In this document: positions 24,565 to 27,076 of the stretch, piece by piece
Layout: every line of letters begins with the position of its first letter
Numbering within the stretch: position 1 is the first letter of the stretch
Origin: Candidatus Iainarchaeum sp.
Lineage (GTDB): Archaea > Iainarchaeota > Iainarchaeia > Iainarchaeales > JAZDDZ01
Assembly (NCBI GenBank): GCA_043809245.1
Contig: JAZDDZ010000053.1
Coordinates: 1 to 27,076 of the forward strand
Length of the DNA: 27,076 bases
Reading direction: 5' to 3'
Notes under the pieces: model-generated
What the model was told of the DNA's origin: nothing
Database searches by the model: none
The model's input: the letters and a program-made list of their open reading frames with translations, nothing else
Translations under genes and position numbers: made by a program

Positions 24565-26931
24565 TTGGTGAATTCTTTGGCGCTTGATAGGAAATTCTTT
24601 CTGGCTTTGTTTTTGTTCCTTCTTGTTTCAGCTGCAATGCCTGCCTTGGCAATAGTTGATGAGGGCGGGATGAAGATTTTTGCCGTGACCACGGAGGGCA
24701 CTGGCTTGAGCGCTGATTTGCATTTGACTCTTGCACCAGGCAATGGAAGGGTTTGGATTGCGGTAACGCCTTTGGTTGGCACCACAACCCAGAGCGCTGA
24801 AAGGACAGCTGTCGAGGTTGCAAAAAAATATTCTTCCGGCGCGGGAAAATACGATTATTTCTTTGACATTAATTCAAACGCCTCGGTTGTCGAGGGCCCG
24901 AGCGCCGGAGCCGCAATGACCCTGCTTGCAATTTCTTTGCTGAAAGACAAGCGTGTTCCGGTTGATGTTTCAATGACCGGCACAATTAACTCCGATGGTT
25001 CAGTTGGCGCGGTTGGAGGCGTTTTTGAAAAGGCAAAGGAGGCAAGCAGGCAGGGAATAAAGCTTTTCATGATTCCAAAAGGCGAGGCAAAGCAGACAGT
25101 GAAACTTGAATCAGGAGTGCAAAGCATTAACCTTGTTGACTATGCCCCGGGCGAATGGGGAATGAAGGTTGCAGAGGTTTCAAACATTGACGAGGCATTC
25201 ACTTACGCTTTCTCTGACATCACGCAAATTGACGTTAATTCCTCGAGTTCAAACGGCTTGCCTGATTTTGTGCCAAATCCAATTGAAACCGGCAAATCCC
25301 TTGAACCCATGAAAGAACTGACAACCTCGTATGTTGAGGATTCAAAGATTCTGGTAGAGCAGGCGCGTTTGTCCCTTTCAACTACACTGATTGAGGACAG
25401 CGGGCTTATCTCCGAGTTACTCCAAGTTTTGAATAACGCGCAGGAAACAGTCAAGGAAGCCGAATTGTTGAACGAGCAGAACTACCTTTACTCCTCTGCA
25501 AATTATGCTTTTCTTGCGCGCGTTGACGCAATGACAGTCAAGGACGTTTCAGATAACCCCTCTTTGCTTGCGCTTAACTCCACTGTTTTTTCCACAAAAA
25601 TTGAAAACCTGAAGGAAGAACTGCTGGACTTCAAAAAAGAGTTCTCAAAAAACATTCCAATTGATTACTTTGAATATTATGTTTCCGCACAGCAGCGATT
25701 GAAGTATGCGGAGCTTAACATAAGCAAACTGGAGTCAACGCAAGTCGTTGTGGTTGGCGGCGATGAAATGTCTTCCGCTCTGCAGAACCTGCAGGACCTG
25801 GAGTTCGCTGCGGCCTGGCTTGAGATTTCAAAGGACCTTTACAGGCTTTCGCAGAAACAGGGAAGAAAAATTTTGCCGGATGACAGCTTCAGCTCTTACA
25901 TGAATGACTATATCATTAAGGCAGAGGATGGCCTGGCGGTTTCCGCTGGCGAGGAAAGGGATGACATTCAGAGGAGGCTTGACGCTGCAAAGGACGCGAA
26001 AAAAGACAAATGGTTTTTGAGCTCTTCTTTTGATGCCGCAAGCGCTTTCGCTTTGATTTCAGCTGACAATGCCTCAAAAGGCCTTGACTTAAACGAATCA
26101 TTCAGCCTGCTTGAGTCAAAGGTAAATGGATTGGAGGGAAAAATTTCCTCTTCGCCTTACCCTTTTGTTTGGCCGCAATTGTACCTTGACCACGCAAAGT
26201 ATTTCCTTGAAGCAGCGCGGTTTTACGACAACCAAGGCCAGGGGGTTAATGCCTCAAATGCCTTGAAGAGCGGCATTGGCCTGGCGTTTCTCGCGGAAGA
26301 GCTTTTCAATGTTTCAAGCGATTTCAGCGGACATTACTCAAAGGTAAAGCCCGAAGAGCTTTTGCCTGAGGACTCAATTCCAATTATTCCCGGAATCGGA
26401 GGTGGAGGCGCTTTAACCGCAACACAGTTTGCCTTAATGCTTGCATTGATTGCAGTCCTTGTTGCAGTAATTGTCCTTTTGACTGTGCTTTTGCTTAGAA
26501 AACGAATTCATGTAAGTGCGGCAAAGCACAGTGAATCCTTAAAGTCTGAAATGCATGAACTGGATTTAATGCGCGCGGAAATGATTGAATTCGGCCACGG
26601 CCTGCGGAACCTGAAGAAAAGCGTGAAGAAAGGCGCGGTTTCAGAAAAAGAATTCCACGAAAAGCTTAACGGCTTCATTGAAAGGCTTTCAAAAGCGGAT
26701 GAAAAAAGCGCAGGATATGACTCCGGAAAAAAGTTCGCATTCAGCGCATCAGCCGGAACGCTTCCCTCGCGCGCTTCAGCTTCCCTTCCCGTTGCGCGCG
26801 CCGAGAAAAACAGGGCTGACTCCCTGATTGAAAAAGAAAAAGCATTTGAAAAAGCGCAGAAAAAAAAGCCCGCGAAAGAAAAAGCCGCAAAGGAAAAGCC
26901 CTCAAAGTGGCCGAAAAAAAGCGGGAAATGA
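24565..26931 (+). CDS. Secreted, membrane-anchored S16 (Lon-like) serine protease without ATPase domain
   Basis: Signal peptide; VEGPSAG (Ser) and MTGTI..DG.VG.VGGVFEK (Lys) dyad; long helical region, C-terminal TM helix and basic tail; no Walker motifs seen. Confidence 0.88.
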   Translation: MVNSLALDRKFFLALFLFLLVSAAMPALAIVDEGGMKIFAVTTEGTGLSADLHLTLAPGNGRVWIAVTPLVGTTTQSAERTAVEVAKKYSSGAGKYDYFFDINSNASVVEGPSAGAAMTLLAISLLKDKRVPVDVSMTGTINSDGSVGAVGGVFEKAKEASRQGIKLFMIPKGEAKQTVKLESGVQSINLVDYAPGEWGMKVAEVSNIDEAFTYAFSDITQIDVNSSSSNGLPDFVPNPIETGKSLEPMKELTTSYVEDSKILVEQARLSLSTTLIEDSGLISELLQVLNNAQETVKEAELLNEQNYLYSSANYAFLARVDAMTVKDVSDNPSLLALNSTVFSTKIENLKEELLDFKKEFSKNIPIDYFEYYVSAQQRLKYAELNISKLESTQVVVVGGDEMSSALQNLQDLEFAAAWLEISKDLYRLSQKQGRKILPDDSFSSYMNDYIIKAEDGLAVSAGEERDDIQRRLDAAKDAKKDKWFLSSSFDAASAFALISADNASKGLDLNESFSLLESKVNGLEGKISSSPYPFVWPQLYLDHAKYFLEAARFYDNQGQGVNASNALKSGIGLAFLAEELFNVSSDFSGHYSKVKPEELLPEDSIPIIPGIGGGGALTATQFALMLALIAVLVAVIVLLTVLLLRKRIHVSAAKHSESLKSEMHELDLMRAEMIEFGHGLRNLKKSVKKGAVSEKEFHEKLNGFIERLSKADEKSAGYDSGKKFAFSASAGTLPSRASASLPVARAEKNRADSLIEKEKAFEKAQKKKPAKEKAAKEKPSKWPKKSGK

Positions 26932-26937
26932 TTTTAC

Positions 26938-27076
26938 GTAAGTGCTAACCGCTTATGGCTTTTTTGAGGGTTGGGTAGAGGGGTTTGCCTTGTTGTTTCC
27001 ATGTGGCGAACATGGAAGTGATTGTTTCCATTGTTCGTGCGCCGGTTTCGCGGCGTAGTCCGCCAATGATTTTTCT
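26938..27076 (-). mobile_element. Right end of an IS66-family element
   Basis: Terminus GTAAGTGCTAACCG begins at 26938 (IS66 terminal repeats start GTAA) and overlaps the transposase stop codon. Confidence 0.75.
26945..27076 (-). CDS. IS66-family transposase, C-terminal fragment (truncated by window edge)
   Basis: RKIIGGLRRETGARTMETITSMFATWKQQGKPLYPTLKKAISG* resembles the IS66 RK..GG.RS..GA......S...T...QG pattern. Confidence 0.8.
   Translation of the reverse strand, partial: RKIIGGLRRETGARTMETITSMFATWKQQGKPLYPTLKKAISG

Overview
Archaeal chromosome segment. Gene content and order, leaderless TATA promoters and the AMP phosphorylase/R15P isomerase pair suggest DPANN, possibly Diapherotrites/Micrarchaeota-like (inference). 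It is bounded by partial IS ends: IS200-type tnpA with its right-end hairpin on the left, and an IS66-type transposase C-terminus with a GTAA terminal repeat on the right. The backbone is three conserved clusters: rpl21e-rpo4-DUF655-rsmA; a minus-strand block of R15P isomerase, pyrBIDKCEF and AMP phosphorylase; and ftsZ-secE-spt5-rpl11-rpl1-rpl10-rpl12 followed by an S16 protease. Many junctions are interrupted by small cargo (lemA-htpX, hicBA, Fic, asparaginase, relBE, MNT, GNAT, PIN, orphans). Main observation: several cargo units are followed, on the side away from the upstream housekeeping gene, by a short collapsed copy of that same gene. Examples are a synonymously recoded rpl11 GKYDSVLG* at 20420-20446 and an in-frame R15Pi chimera at 13832-13909. 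This points to integrase-free, integron-like stacking of cargo behind housekeeping genes by 3'-end replacement. All alignments were done by eye; no database searches were run.
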